A DNA stretch of 64,000 bases, taken from positions 2,176,001-2,240,000 of the forward strand of contig JASGJH010000001.1 of assembly GCA_047601445.1 (NCBI GenBank), in the 5' to 3' direction. Both the position numbers and the translations under genes were made by a program. The notes under the pieces are model-generated. The model worked only from the letters and a program-made list of their open reading frames with translations. It did no database searches and was not told where the DNA came from. Positions within the stretch are counted from its first letter, which is position 1; each line of letters starts with the position of its first letter. This stretch comes from Myxococcales bacterium. GTDB taxonomy: Bacteria > Myxococcota_A > Polyangia > Polyangiales > DASUME01. Positions 19,787 to 28,458 of this stretch are shown piece by piece.

Positions 19787-21403
19787 TCAATGCCGGTAGA
19801 CGCCCCAACTCGTGGTCCCCACCACCTCGCGCGTGTGGGCCACGGAGAGGCAGATACCGAGCACGTCCCGCGTATCGCGCGGATCCAGAATGCCGTCGTC
19901 CCAGAGGCGCGCCGTGGCGAAAAAGGGATCGCTCTCGTTGTCGATCTGCATCTCGATCATCTTCTTCATCATCGCGAGCTTCTGCTCATCGAGGGTCTCC
20001 CCCTTCTTCTGAGCGGCCTGGCGCTGGATGATGTCGAGCACGCCCGCCAGCTGCTTGCCGCCCATGACCGCGATGCGGTGACTGGGCCACGTGAAGCAAA
20101 ACCTCGGATCGTAGGCGCGGCCCATCATGCCGTAGTTGCCGGCACCGTAGCTGGCGCCGATCATGATGGTGATGGCTGGCACCTTGCTGTTGGAGACGGC
20201 GTTGATGAGCTTGGCGCCGTTCTTGATGATGCCTTCCTGCTCGTACTTCTTGCCCACCATGAAGCCGTGGATGTTCTGCAAGAAGAGCAGCGGGATGTCG
20301 CTCTGATTGCACAGCGCGATGAACTGAGCTCCCTTGTTGGCGCTCTCGCTGAAGAGCACGCCGTTGTTGGCCAGGATGCCCACCGGATAGCCGTGTAGAA
20401 AGGCCCAGCCACACACCAGGGTCGAGCCGTAGAGGGGCTTGAATTCGCTGAAGCGGGAGCCATCGACCAGGCGTGCGATCACGTCGCGCACTTCGAAGGG
20501 CACCTTCACGTCGGCGCTCACGATGCCCAACAGCTCCTCGGGGTCGTAGAGCGGCGGCTCGGGCGCCCGCGCGGGCAAGGGTCCACGCTTCTGGAAGTTC
20601 AGGTGCGCCACGATCTCTCGGCCCATGCGGATGGCTTCGCGCTCGTCGCGCGCGAAGTAGTCCGACACACCGCTCACCCGGCTGTGCATCTCGGCGCCAC
20701 CGAGGGACTCGTGATCGGCGTCCTCGCCCGTGGCCATCTTCACGAGCGGCGGGCCGGCCAGGTAAACCTGCGCCTGCTCCTTCACCATCACGGTGTAGTC
20801 ACTCATGCCCGGGATGTAGGCCCCACCCGCGGTCGACGAGCCGAACACCAGGCAAAGCGTCGGGATCTTCTGCTCGCTGCGACGCGTGAGCTCTCGGAAC
20901 CCGCGCCCACCCGGCACGAAGATCTTCGACTGGTTCGGCAGGTCCGCTCCCGCCGACTCCACCAAGTTGATGCCAGGTAGCCCGTTCTTCTCCGCGATCT
21001 CCGCGATGCGGGCGCTCTTCTGCACGCCGATTTCGCTGACCGCACCGCCCTTCACGGTGGCCTCGGTGGCGGTGATCGCACACTCCGCGCCGCTGACCAG
21101 ACCCACGCCGCCAATCAGGCCCGCGCCGGGAGCCTGCCCGGACATGCCGTGGCCCGCCAGCCCGCCGACCTCGAGGAAGTAGCCGTCCCGGTCGAGCAGG
21201 AGCTCCACCCGTTCGCGTGGCAACAGCTTGCGCGCTGCCCGATGGCGCGCGTTGTACTTCTCCCCGCCGCCCTCGTTGGCCTTCGCCTGCGCTTTGGCGA
21301 GCTTGTCCAGCGAGACCAGGCAAGCCTGCCGGTTCTCCTGGTAGGCACCGCTCTCGCGGTCGACTTTGCTGCGAATTACCGGGAATGGTTGGCGCTCGGT
21401 CAC
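19787..21403 (-). CDS. Acyl-CoA carboxylase beta subunit (carboxyltransferase; MccB/AtuC-like)
   Basis: [49 protein letters not shown] at 21403 preferred; ATG at 21433 is an alternative start. Confidence 0.93.
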   Translation of the reverse strand: MTERQPFPVIRSKVDRESGAYQENRQACLVSLDKLAKAQAKANEGGGEKYNARHRAARKLLPRERVELLLDRDGYFLEVGGLAGHGMSGQAPGAGLIGGVGLVSGAECAITATEATVKGGAVSEIGVQKSARIAEIAEKNGLPGINLVESAGADLPNQSKIFVPGGRGFRELTRRSEQKIPTLCLVFGSSTAGGAYIPGMSDYTVMVKEQAQVYLAGPPLVKMATGEDADHESLGGAEMHSRVSGVSDYFARDEREAIRMGREIVAHLNFQKRGPLPARAPEPPLYDPEELLGIVSADVKVPFEVRDVIARLVDGSRFSEFKPLYGSTLVCGWAFLHGYPVGILANNGVLFSESANKGAQFIALCNQSDIPLLFLQNIHGFMVGKKYEQEGIIKNGAKLINAVSNSKVPAITIMIGASYGAGNYGMMGRAYDPRFCFTWPSHRIAVMGGKQLAGVLDIIQRQAAQKKGETLDEQKLAMMKKMIEMQIDNESDPFFATARLWDDGILDPRDTRDVLGICLSVAHTREVVGTTSWGVYRH

Positions 21404-21422
21404 GACGGATTCTCTATCATTC

Positions 21423-21459
21423 TGAATCGCCATTCACAATCAGAATGAATGGCCATTCA
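21423..21459. promoter_or_regulatory. Tandem palindromic operator boxes TGAAT-N4-ATTCA
   Basis: TGAATCGCCATTCA (21423-21436) and the perfect palindrome TGAATGGCCATTCA (21446-21459), just upstream of the carboxylase operon. Confidence 0.7.
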
Positions 21460-21616
21460 GCCACTGGAGGTTCCCTCGAGGCGCTCGAGGGTGATGCCCG
21501 CGCCTGCCCTCGGCCAACCGTGGCAGATTCGCTCCCGAGCTCGCGCGACTTCCCAGCGCGGCCCGCTCTCCCCCACTGAGCCGTTTTCCCCCGGCTTTGG
21601 CCCTTAGGAATACCCC

Positions 21617-22237
21617 ATGACCATCGCGGCAGTGCCCCCGACGACGCGTGCTCACGCTTCGGTAAGCGAGCTTTCCATCACGGAGCCATCCGATGCCGAT
21701 CTCGTGGCTCGGGCACAACAATCCGACGGCTGGGCCGAGGAGGCCCTGTTCCGGCGCCACGTGGGGAGGGTCGTGCAGCTCGCGCAGCGCTTGCTGGGCC
21801 CCAACGCCGAGGCCGACGATGTGGTGCAAGACAGCTTCCTGATCGCGCTGGAACAGCTGCCCAAGCTGCGGGATGGCTCGGCCTTCCGCGCCTGGCTCCT
21901 GCGCATCGTGGTGCACCAGGCGCACCGTCGCTTCCGCAAGCGCCGCATGCTGGCGCGGCTGGGCATCGTCTCGAGCGACGAGCTCGACGTGCTGAGCAGC
22001 CAGACCCGTGAGGACCTGACGCCCGAGTCCAAGGCGGAGCTGCGGCGGCTCGATGCGGTGCTGCTGCGCCTCTCGGTCAGCGAGCGCACAGCCTGGGTGC
22101 TCAGGCACGTCGAAGGATATCGACTGGAAGAGGTGGCCGACGCTTGCCAGTGTTCGCTGGCGACCGCCAAGCGTTGGCTCAAACGAGCGGACGAGCAGGT
22201 GCGCGCCCGGGTGCGAATCGAGGAGAACGGCGCATGA
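21617..22237 (+). CDS. ECF RNA polymerase sigma factor
   Basis: SDADLVARAQ, DDVVQDSF, AFRAWLLRI, VLRHVEGYRLEEVA...ATAKRWL. Confidence 0.93.
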   Translation: MTIAAVPPTTRAHASVSELSITEPSDADLVARAQQSDGWAEEALFRRHVGRVVQLAQRLLGPNAEADDVVQDSFLIALEQLPKLRDGSAFRAWLLRIVVHQAHRRFRKRRMLARLGIVSSDELDVLSSQTREDLTPESKAELRRLDAVLLRLSVSERTAWVLRHVEGYRLEEVADACQCSLATAKRWLKRADEQVRARVRIEENGA

Positions 22238-23676
22238 ATGAGAGGGGAAGAAGTACGCTCCCCACCCCGCTCGGAGAGCTACTCGAAAGCAACATCAGTG
22301 AACGCCACGAGGACCGACTTTGGGCCCGCATCGCGGCCCGGCGTCGTCCGAGTGCCACCGATGCGCGCGGAGAGTTGCCGCTGCCGTTGGCGCGCGCGCT
22401 GGTGAGCACCGAGCACGACCCTGCGACACGGGTCAAACACTGGCGGGCCATCCACGCACGGCGCGGTGCGGCGCCGAAGCCTGCGGATCGCACCAAGTTC
22501 CTGGTGGGTACGCTGGTGGGCAGCGGCTTGGCTGCCGCGGTCGTGGCCATGCTGCTCGTATTCGCGCCGCGCGACGTGGCGCGCGAGCAGGTGGTGGCGG
22601 CCAGCGCCCTCTTGTTGTCCAGCGGCGCGCCCCTACAGCCCGTCGAAGCGGAGCAAGCCGACGTGGAGCTGGTGCTCACCGATGCCTCGCGCATTCGCCT
22701 CGCAGCGGGCGCGCGGCTCGTGCCCCTGGTGTCCACGGCCTCGCGGGTGGACCTGGCGCTCGAGCGTGGTAGCGCGCTGTTCTCGGTGACCCCCGGCGGT
22801 CCGCGGCGCTGGAGCGTGGCGGCGGGCGCCGTGCGCGTGGAGGTGGTCGGCACCGAATTTCGGGTCTCGCGCGCTAGCGGCCAGGTGGAAGTGCAGGTCG
22901 CTCACGGTATCGTGCTCGTGTCGGGTCAAACGGTCCCGGGCGGCGCTCAGCGGCTCACGGCCGGCGATCAGCTGCGCGTGGAGTCGAGCGCGGTCGCAAG
23001 TGCGCCGCAAGTCCTGCCCCCCGCGCCTGTGATCCCCGAAGTCACGGCCCAGATTGCGCCGCCTGTCGAGGTAGCCCCGACCCCGCTCGAGAGCCCGGTC
23101 GACGACCCGCTCGCCAGCGTGAGTGCGCGCTCGCCTCGCAAGAAGCGCCCCGGCAGTCACTCAGGCGGGCCTAATTGGAGCTCGCTCTCCGCCGGATCGG
23201 AGGCCGATGCCAAGTGGCGTCTCGAGCTTGGTGAAGGTCGCTACGACGCGGCGTATCGCGCGCTCGGCTCCGCTCAGTTCGCCCACGCCACCCGACTCGC
23301 GCGCTCGGCCGAAGAGCTGCTCGACCTGGCAGACGTCGCGCGGCTCTCAGGACACGCCCGCGACGCCGTGATCCCGTTGAAGCGCTTGCTCGACGACTTC
23401 TCGGACAGCCCGCACGCCGCCGTGGCAGCCTTCACGCTCGGACGCACGCTGCTCGATCAAATGCACGATGCGACCGGCGCGGCCCAGGCGTTTCAGCGCG
23501 CCATTGGTCTGCGCCCGCCACACGCCCTGCTCGAGGATTGTCACGCGCGCCTGGTGCAGGCTCAGCTCCAGGCCGGCGCGCGCGATGAAGCGCAGCGGGC
23601 CGCCGACAAGTACCGCATGCTGTTCCCCAACGGGCGCCACTTGGCCGAGCTCGAACGCTGGTTGCAGTCGGAGTGA
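22234..23676 (+). CDS. FecR-like transmembrane anti-sigma factor with C-terminal TPR-like domain
   Basis: Start MNERGRS (ATGA overlap). One TM, FecR-like VRVEVVGTEFRV...VQVAHGIV, Pro-rich linker, helical C-terminus ending YRMLFPNGRH. Confidence 0.82.
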   Translation: MNERGRSTLPTPLGELLESNISERHEDRLWARIAARRRPSATDARGELPLPLARALVSTEHDPATRVKHWRAIHARRGAAPKPADRTKFLVGTLVGSGLAAAVVAMLLVFAPRDVAREQVVAASALLLSSGAPLQPVEAEQADVELVLTDASRIRLAAGARLVPLVSTASRVDLALERGSALFSVTPGGPRRWSVAAGAVRVEVVGTEFRVSRASGQVEVQVAHGIVLVSGQTVPGGAQRLTAGDQLRVESSAVASAPQVLPPAPVIPEVTAQIAPPVEVAPTPLESPVDDPLASVSARSPRKKRPGSHSGGPNWSSLSAGSEADAKWRLELGEGRYDAAYRALGSAQFAHATRLARSAEELLDLADVARLSGHARDAVIPLKRLLDDFSDSPHAAVAAFTLGRTLLDQMHDATGAAQAFQRAIGLRPPHALLEDCHARLVQAQLQAGARDEAQRAADKYRMLFPNGRHLAELERWLQSE

Positions 23677-24761
23677 GGTCACTTCTCATCTCGTGTGCCT
23701 GGCTCCTTGGGCTGAGCTTGGTCCGTCCGTCGTCGGCTTGCGCGGAGGACGTGCCCACCGGCGTGCAGGTGGTGATCGCCGAGTGCCCGGCCATCGTGCA
23801 GCGCAAGAAGCTGGTCGAGCATCTGCGCATCGAGCTGTTCGCCACCGGCGTGCAGGAACTCGCGCTGATGGATCCCGAGCTCGGCGCGACCTCGTCTCAA
23901 AACAGCCCCGACCGTCTCGCCACCGTGCAGATCTACTACCCGGAGTGCGACGAGGAGAGCGGCCTCGTGAACCTGCGCATCTCGGACCGGCTCACGGCCA
24001 AGTACGTGGAACGCGCGCTCTTCGTCGGAGACGTCGATCTACAGGCGCGCCCGCGCACGATTGCGCTGGCCGTCGGGGAGCTATTGCGCGCGTCATGGAT
24101 GGAGCTCGTGCTCTCCACGGACGAAGCCGAAGAAGGCAGCCCATCTCACACGCTCCGCAACCGCATGATCACGCGCTTGCAGGCGGCCGAAGAGCGCCGC
24201 GCCCCCGAAGCAGCAATCGATCCCAGCGAGCTCGTAGAGCGCGAGGTCGAAGGGCGCCCCTGGTTCCGCCCACGCATCGAATGGATTGCAGGTGGGCGCA
24301 TGTTCCCGGAGGGCGCGAGTGGCGCTCTCAGTTCCGCGGTCAGCCTCTCTCATCCGCTCAATGGCCACCTGCGCTTTCACCTCGGGGCCATCGCGGCGGG
24401 CGGCGGCACCAACGCGGACCGCACCATCCACTTGTTCGAGGCTGCGGGACGCACCGGCATTGGCGTCACGGGCGGCAAAGAGATCGAGATCGAGTTGGCG
24501 AGCATCTTCGAGCTGGGTTGGGCTCAGTTGAGCGGAACGAAGGTGAAGGACACGAGCTCGTTCATGATGATCGGTGCCCTGCAAGGCACGGTGCGGACGC
24601 GCATCACGCGAGGGCTCGATGTGCTGGTCGGCCTCGAAGGCGGCTATGTCCTCACTCCGCTCGTCCTCACGTTCCACGACGAAGACTTGGGCACCCACGT
24701 ACGAGGAGGCCTGAGCGGGCCATTGATCGGTATCCTGATTGGGCTGAGCGGCACGTTGTAA
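23673..24761 (+). CDS. Exported protein with probable C-terminal beta-barrel
   Basis: GTGA overlap with the anti-sigma gene; signal peptide; Gly/aromatic alternating strands in the C-terminal half. Confidence 0.7.
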   Translation: MRSLLISCAWLLGLSLVRPSSACAEDVPTGVQVVIAECPAIVQRKKLVEHLRIELFATGVQELALMDPELGATSSQNSPDRLATVQIYYPECDEESGLVNLRISDRLTAKYVERALFVGDVDLQARPRTIALAVGELLRASWMELVLSTDEAEEGSPSHTLRNRMITRLQAAEERRAPEAAIDPSELVEREVEGRPWFRPRIEWIAGGRMFPEGASGALSSAVSLSHPLNGHLRFHLGAIAAGGGTNADRTIHLFEAAGRTGIGVTGGKEIEIELASIFELGWAQLSGTKVKDTSSFMMIGALQGTVRTRITRGLDVLVGLEGGYVLTPLVLTFHDEDLGTHVRGGLSGPLIGILIGLSGTL

Positions 24762-24964
24762 TCGCTTGTCGAGACGCAAAAAGGCGGTGGTGAGGCCGAC
24801 ATCGCGGTCGATTCGCATTGCGAGGTGGGGCCGATGCGCCGATGATTTAGAAAGGCGCTGTCAATCGATCCGCCGCACGCAGGAGGAACGTTTTCGGCGG
24901 TTCGCGCAGCGCGGCACGGAAGTTCCCCAAGCTTCCGCGAGCTATCAAGGCGCATGTGAACGTT

Positions 24965-25112
24965 CTGGTTTTCCCCACACAGAGAGTCACGATAGCCACG
25001 GGTTGAAAGACACCCAAACCAGCCCAGCACTGGGGCAGGCGCGATTCCTCGGAGAACGCGCTGCCAGCAAGGAAGACCGGCGGCCAAGCGGCTCGCCGGT
25101 CTTCGTCTTTCT
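24965..25112 (+). ncRNA. Candidate structured small RNA
   Basis: Several consecutive stems ending in a terminator-like hairpin, within a 362-bp gap between convergent genes. No family recognised. Confidence 0.35.
25072..25112 (+). terminator. Rho-independent terminator-like hairpin
   Basis: GAAGACCGGCG-GCC...GGC-T-CGCCGGTCTTC followed by GTCTTTCT. Confidence 0.65.
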
Positions 25113-25123
25113 GCCGACTCGCT

Positions 25124-26572
25124 TCAACGTCCCAAAGCGCGAGCCGCGGCGTCGACCCTGGACACGGCCTCCCTCACGCCAGCGGCGTAGGCGGTGGACT
25201 GTCCTGGTTGCGCACACTGCTCGGCGATCCAACGGGCTGCTTCGTTGCTGTTCGCGAAGACCTTGATCGGATAGCTGCGGCGCGTGACGAAATTGATCGT
25301 CGACATGACGCCGCGATGCACGGCGCCCAGGGCTCCCTCCGTGCGCACGACCTGAGCCACGCAGGAGAGCTCGCACTGATCGTAGAACCGCAGTACTTGT
25401 CCGAGCTCCGTGGTGCCGAGGGCCTCGCTCTGAGAGTCGACGATGATCATCAATGCGAACTTGCCGTACTGTACTTGCATGGTGCGGGCGTGGTCGAACG
25501 CGCAGTCCATGAAGCGCGCGCCACCAGGCCCGCGTTGGATCCCCATCAGGCAATCTCGGTAGTGGGCAGCCGCTCCCGCCTCCGTGGGAAGCAGCTCGAA
25601 GTCCGGACGCAAAGGCGCGGCGTTCACCTTCCAGCTCGACCACTCCGGCAGCCCGACAGGATCCGGGTCGGCGGGCACGGTAATACCGTCGATGGCGGCC
25701 GCCTCCTTCAAGGCGTGGGCGAACTCGCGCATGTCCTTGTAGCGCCGACTACGGGAGCGCTCGAGCGCCTTTTCGATGGCTGCACACAGGTTCGGGGGCA
25801 AGCGCTCGCGCACCTCGACCAGCGACGGAGCCGGCGTGGAGACGAGCTCCAGCAACACGCGCGTGTGCGAGTCACCGGCAAAAGGTAGCTGACCGGTCAG
25901 GCACGCGAACAACACCACGCCCATGGACCAGACGTCGGTGCGCGGGTCGAGCTCCTCGCCCAGCGCCTGCTCGGGCGACATGAAAGCAGGCGTACCCACG
26001 ATGGAGCCCGAGCGCGTGAGGCTCTCGCCGCCGTGGCTCTTGGCGATGCCGAAGTCGAGCAACTTGGGTAAGAGCTGGCCCCCTTCCCCGCGCGCGAGGA
26101 AGATGTTTTGCGGCTTGACGTCCCGGTGCAGCACCCCGCGGTCATGGGCGTACGCCACGGCCCCGAAGATGGGTAACACCAGCTGCAGCACCTTGCTCGG
26201 CTCCATCGGACGCGCGAGCCGCTCGACCTCCAGCGTGACGCCTTCCAGCAGCTCGAAGACGAGGAACGGAAACTTCCCCTCGTGCTTGCCCCAATCGAGG
26301 AGCCGCACGATGTTGGGATGCAGGCCCAAGCTGGCGGCCACGTCACCTTCGTTCACGAAACGAGACGTGGTGTCTTCGAAGCGCTCTCCCGAGCGATGCA
26401 GCTTGAGCGCGACCGCCGCGCCCGACCTCAGGTCCGTGGCTGCGAAGAGCACACCGGAGCCCCCGGCGCCAATGACGGCCTTCACGCGGTACCGCTTGTG
26501 CACCACGCTGCCCAACAGGCTCTCGGCGGAGAACCACAGGGGCGCGGGGGAGGACGCTTCGTCCGCGGACAT
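25124..26572 (-). CDS. Hanks-type Ser/Thr protein kinase with C-terminal STAS/SpoIIAA-like domain
   Basis: [39 protein letters not shown]-terminal [16 protein letters not shown]. Start taken at MSADE. Confidence 0.92.
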   Translation of the reverse strand: MSADEASSPAPLWFSAESLLGSVVHKRYRVKAVIGAGGSGVLFAATDLRSGAAVALKLHRSGERFEDTTSRFVNEGDVAASLGLHPNIVRLLDWGKHEGKFPFLVFELLEGVTLEVERLARPMEPSKVLQLVLPIFGAVAYAHDRGVLHRDVKPQNIFLARGEGGQLLPKLLDFGIAKSHGGESLTRSGSIVGTPAFMSPEQALGEELDPRTDVWSMGVVLFACLTGQLPFAGDSHTRVLLELVSTPAPSLVEVRERLPPNLCAAIEKALERSRSRRYKDMREFAHALKEAAAIDGITVPADPDPVGLPEWSSWKVNAAPLRPDFELLPTEAGAAAHYRDCLMGIQRGPGGARFMDCAFDHARTMQVQYGKFALMIIVDSQSEALGTTELGQVLRFYDQCELSCVAQVVRTEGALGAVHRGVMSTINFVTRRSYPIKVFANSNEAARWIAEQCAQPGQSTAYAAGVREAVSRVDAAARALGR

Positions 26573-26696
26573 CACCCCAGCTCTAGCATTGTAGGCCTTG
26601 CGCCGTCCCTCCTGGCGTGCCTGCCCGCCATGGGTTCCATAGGCGAATGCGGCACATTCTCCCACATCGCCTCCCCGTTGCGCGACGCGGCCTCGC

Positions 26697-27692
26697 TCAG
26701 GGCGGCGCGTCGGGGCTCGCCTGAAGCGCCCGTGCGAAGCGCGCGGACAGCGCCTGGAGGGCTTGCTTGAGCTCGGGCGGGTCCAGAATTTCGAAGTCCA
26801 CCCCCAGCATCGCAATGTGCATGGCCAGGCCGTCGAGCCAGTTCGCACCCGTGTGCAACAGGCAGCTCTGCTCGTCCACCGCCTCGAGCCGTCCCGAAGA
26901 AGGCGGCACGCGCTCCGCCATCTGGGCGAGAGGAGCGCGCAGAATCACGCGTGCCTTGAAGCTGTAGGCTTCGGTGGAGACGGAGCGAGACACGTAGCGA
27001 GCCAGGTCGCCCCCGGGCACCTCGCGCGGCACGAAGCGCCCGCCCAGCGTCACCTTGGACTCGCGTGCCCCCGGTCGCGCCGCGATGCGATCCACGCGGA
27101 ACGTTCGAAAGTCCTCGCGGTCGAGATCGAATGCCACCAGGTACCAACGGGTGCCCGTGTGCACGAGCCCCAGCGGCTCCACGTGACGCGAGCTCTCGGC
27201 ACCTCGTCCATCCTGGTAGCGGAAGCGCGCGCGCTCATGGTTGCGCGAAGCCCCCGCCAAGGCGGACAGCACGTCGGCATCCACCGTGGGACCGCTCCAC
27301 GCCAAGGGCACGATGGAGGCGTGGAGGTTCTTCACGCGCTTGCGCAGGTGGGGCGGCATGACCTGCTCGAGCTTCGCGAGCGCGCGCAAGGTGGCGTCGG
27401 CCATCCCGCTGACGGATCCGCTCGCGGTCGTGCGCAGTCCGAGCGAGATGGCGAGGGCCTCATCGTCGTCGAGCAACAGCGGCGGCAGGGCTGCCCCCGC
27501 ACCGAGCTGATAGCCACCCGCCACGCCCGCAGTGGCCTGCACCGGATAGCCCAGGCTGCGCAGGCGGTCGACGTCTCGCCGCACCGTGCGCTCGGTGACC
27601 TCCAGCTCGGCCGCGAGTTCGCTGCCGGTCCAAAAGCGCCTGGCCTGCAAGAAAGACAGGAGCCGCAACAGCCTCGCCGAGGTCTCGAGCAT
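26697..27692 (-). CDS. HTH-WYL-WCX transcriptional regulator (YafY/PafBC/DriD family)
   Basis: wHTH ELAAELEVTERTVRRDVDRLRSLGYPV...GGYQL; WYL domain VEPLGL...WYLVAFD...FRTFRVDRI. Confidence 0.95.
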   Translation of the reverse strand: MLETSARLLRLLSFLQARRFWTGSELAAELEVTERTVRRDVDRLRSLGYPVQATAGVAGGYQLGAGAALPPLLLDDDEALAISLGLRTTASGSVSGMADATLRALAKLEQVMPPHLRKRVKNLHASIVPLAWSGPTVDADVLSALAGASRNHERARFRYQDGRGAESSRHVEPLGLVHTGTRWYLVAFDLDREDFRTFRVDRIAARPGARESKVTLGGRFVPREVPGGDLARYVSRSVSTEAYSFKARVILRAPLAQMAERVPPSSGRLEAVDEQSCLLHTGANWLDGLAMHIAMLGVDFEILDPPELKQALQALSARFARALQASPDAPP

Positions 27693-27699
27693 GGGCACC

Positions 27700-27748
27700 A
27701 GCCTAGCGAACATTGAGGACAGAAGCTGTCCTAGTTAAATCCTAGCCT
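27700..27748. promoter_or_regulatory. Palindromic WYL-regulator site flanked by two divergent -10 boxes
   Basis: AGGACAG-AAG-CTGTCCT (27716-27732); TGTCCT-N10-TAGCCT on + and TGTCCT-N10-TAGGCT on -. Confidence 0.75.
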
Positions 27749-27782
27749 GCTGCTCGTCCAACCCTTCACTCAGGAGCGAGCC

Positions 27783-28409
27783 ATGTCGATCACCCTCTAC
27801 GAAGCCCCCTTCTCCAGCGCGACCCCCGTAGCCTGTGCCCTGGCCGAGCTGGGCGTCCCCCATGAGCGCGTGCGCTTCGACCTTACCTCGGGCATTCAAA
27901 AGCAACCGGAGTTCCTGGCGCTCAACCCCAACGGTAAGGTACCCACCCTGGTGGTCGACGGAACGCCCATGTTCGAGGCGCTCGCTATCGTGCAATGGCT
28001 GGCGGACCGCTACGGTGTCGCGCGTGGACTCTGGCCAGCTGCGGACGCACCGGACCGGCTGCAGGCCCTGTCTTGGTCCACCTGGGCGTACGTGAGCTTC
28101 GGCTCGGCGGTGCAGCGCCGGCTGTTGGCGAGCAACGAGCTCTTGGCTCCGGAATTGCGCAGCCGCGCGCAACAACAGCTGGCGGAGCAGGACATCGAGC
28201 GCTTGCTCGGTATCTTGGATCGGCGCCTCTCGGAGCGCGCGTTCGTGCTCGGTGCGCAGTACTCGCTGGTGGACCTGGTGATCGCATCCGCCCTTACTTG
28301 GGCCCGCTTCACCGGCGTCTCGCTCGAGGCGCACGCGCACGTGACGCCCTGGCTCGGGGTCTGCCAGGCGCGCGCGGCATTCAAGCAAGTGTGGACGCAG
28401 GCAGCCTGA
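27783..28409 (+). CDS. Glutathione S-transferase
   Basis: AGGAG RBS; PEFLALNPNGKVPTL, FEALAI, FVLGAQYSLVD. Confidence 0.94.
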   Translation: MSITLYEAPFSSATPVACALAELGVPHERVRFDLTSGIQKQPEFLALNPNGKVPTLVVDGTPMFEALAIVQWLADRYGVARGLWPAADAPDRLQALSWSTWAYVSFGSAVQRRLLASNELLAPELRSRAQQQLAEQDIERLLGILDRRLSERAFVLGAQYSLVDLVIASALTWARFTGVSLEAHAHVTPWLGVCQARAAFKQVWTQAA

Positions 28410-28458
28410 ACAAGGGAAAAGCCCGCGAGCCTGGCGTGCGCAAGGACGCGAGATCTCT

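Noticed and set aside
24913..24928. Sigma54 promoter-like CGGCACG-N4-TTCC upstream of the sRNA candidate
   Set aside because: The -12 element lacks the conserved GC dinucleotide.
26697..28409. WYL gene as a marker of an anti-phage defence island
   Set aside because: It is the short YafY/PafB type beside a GST; no BREX, CBASS, restriction-modification or toxin genes are nearby.
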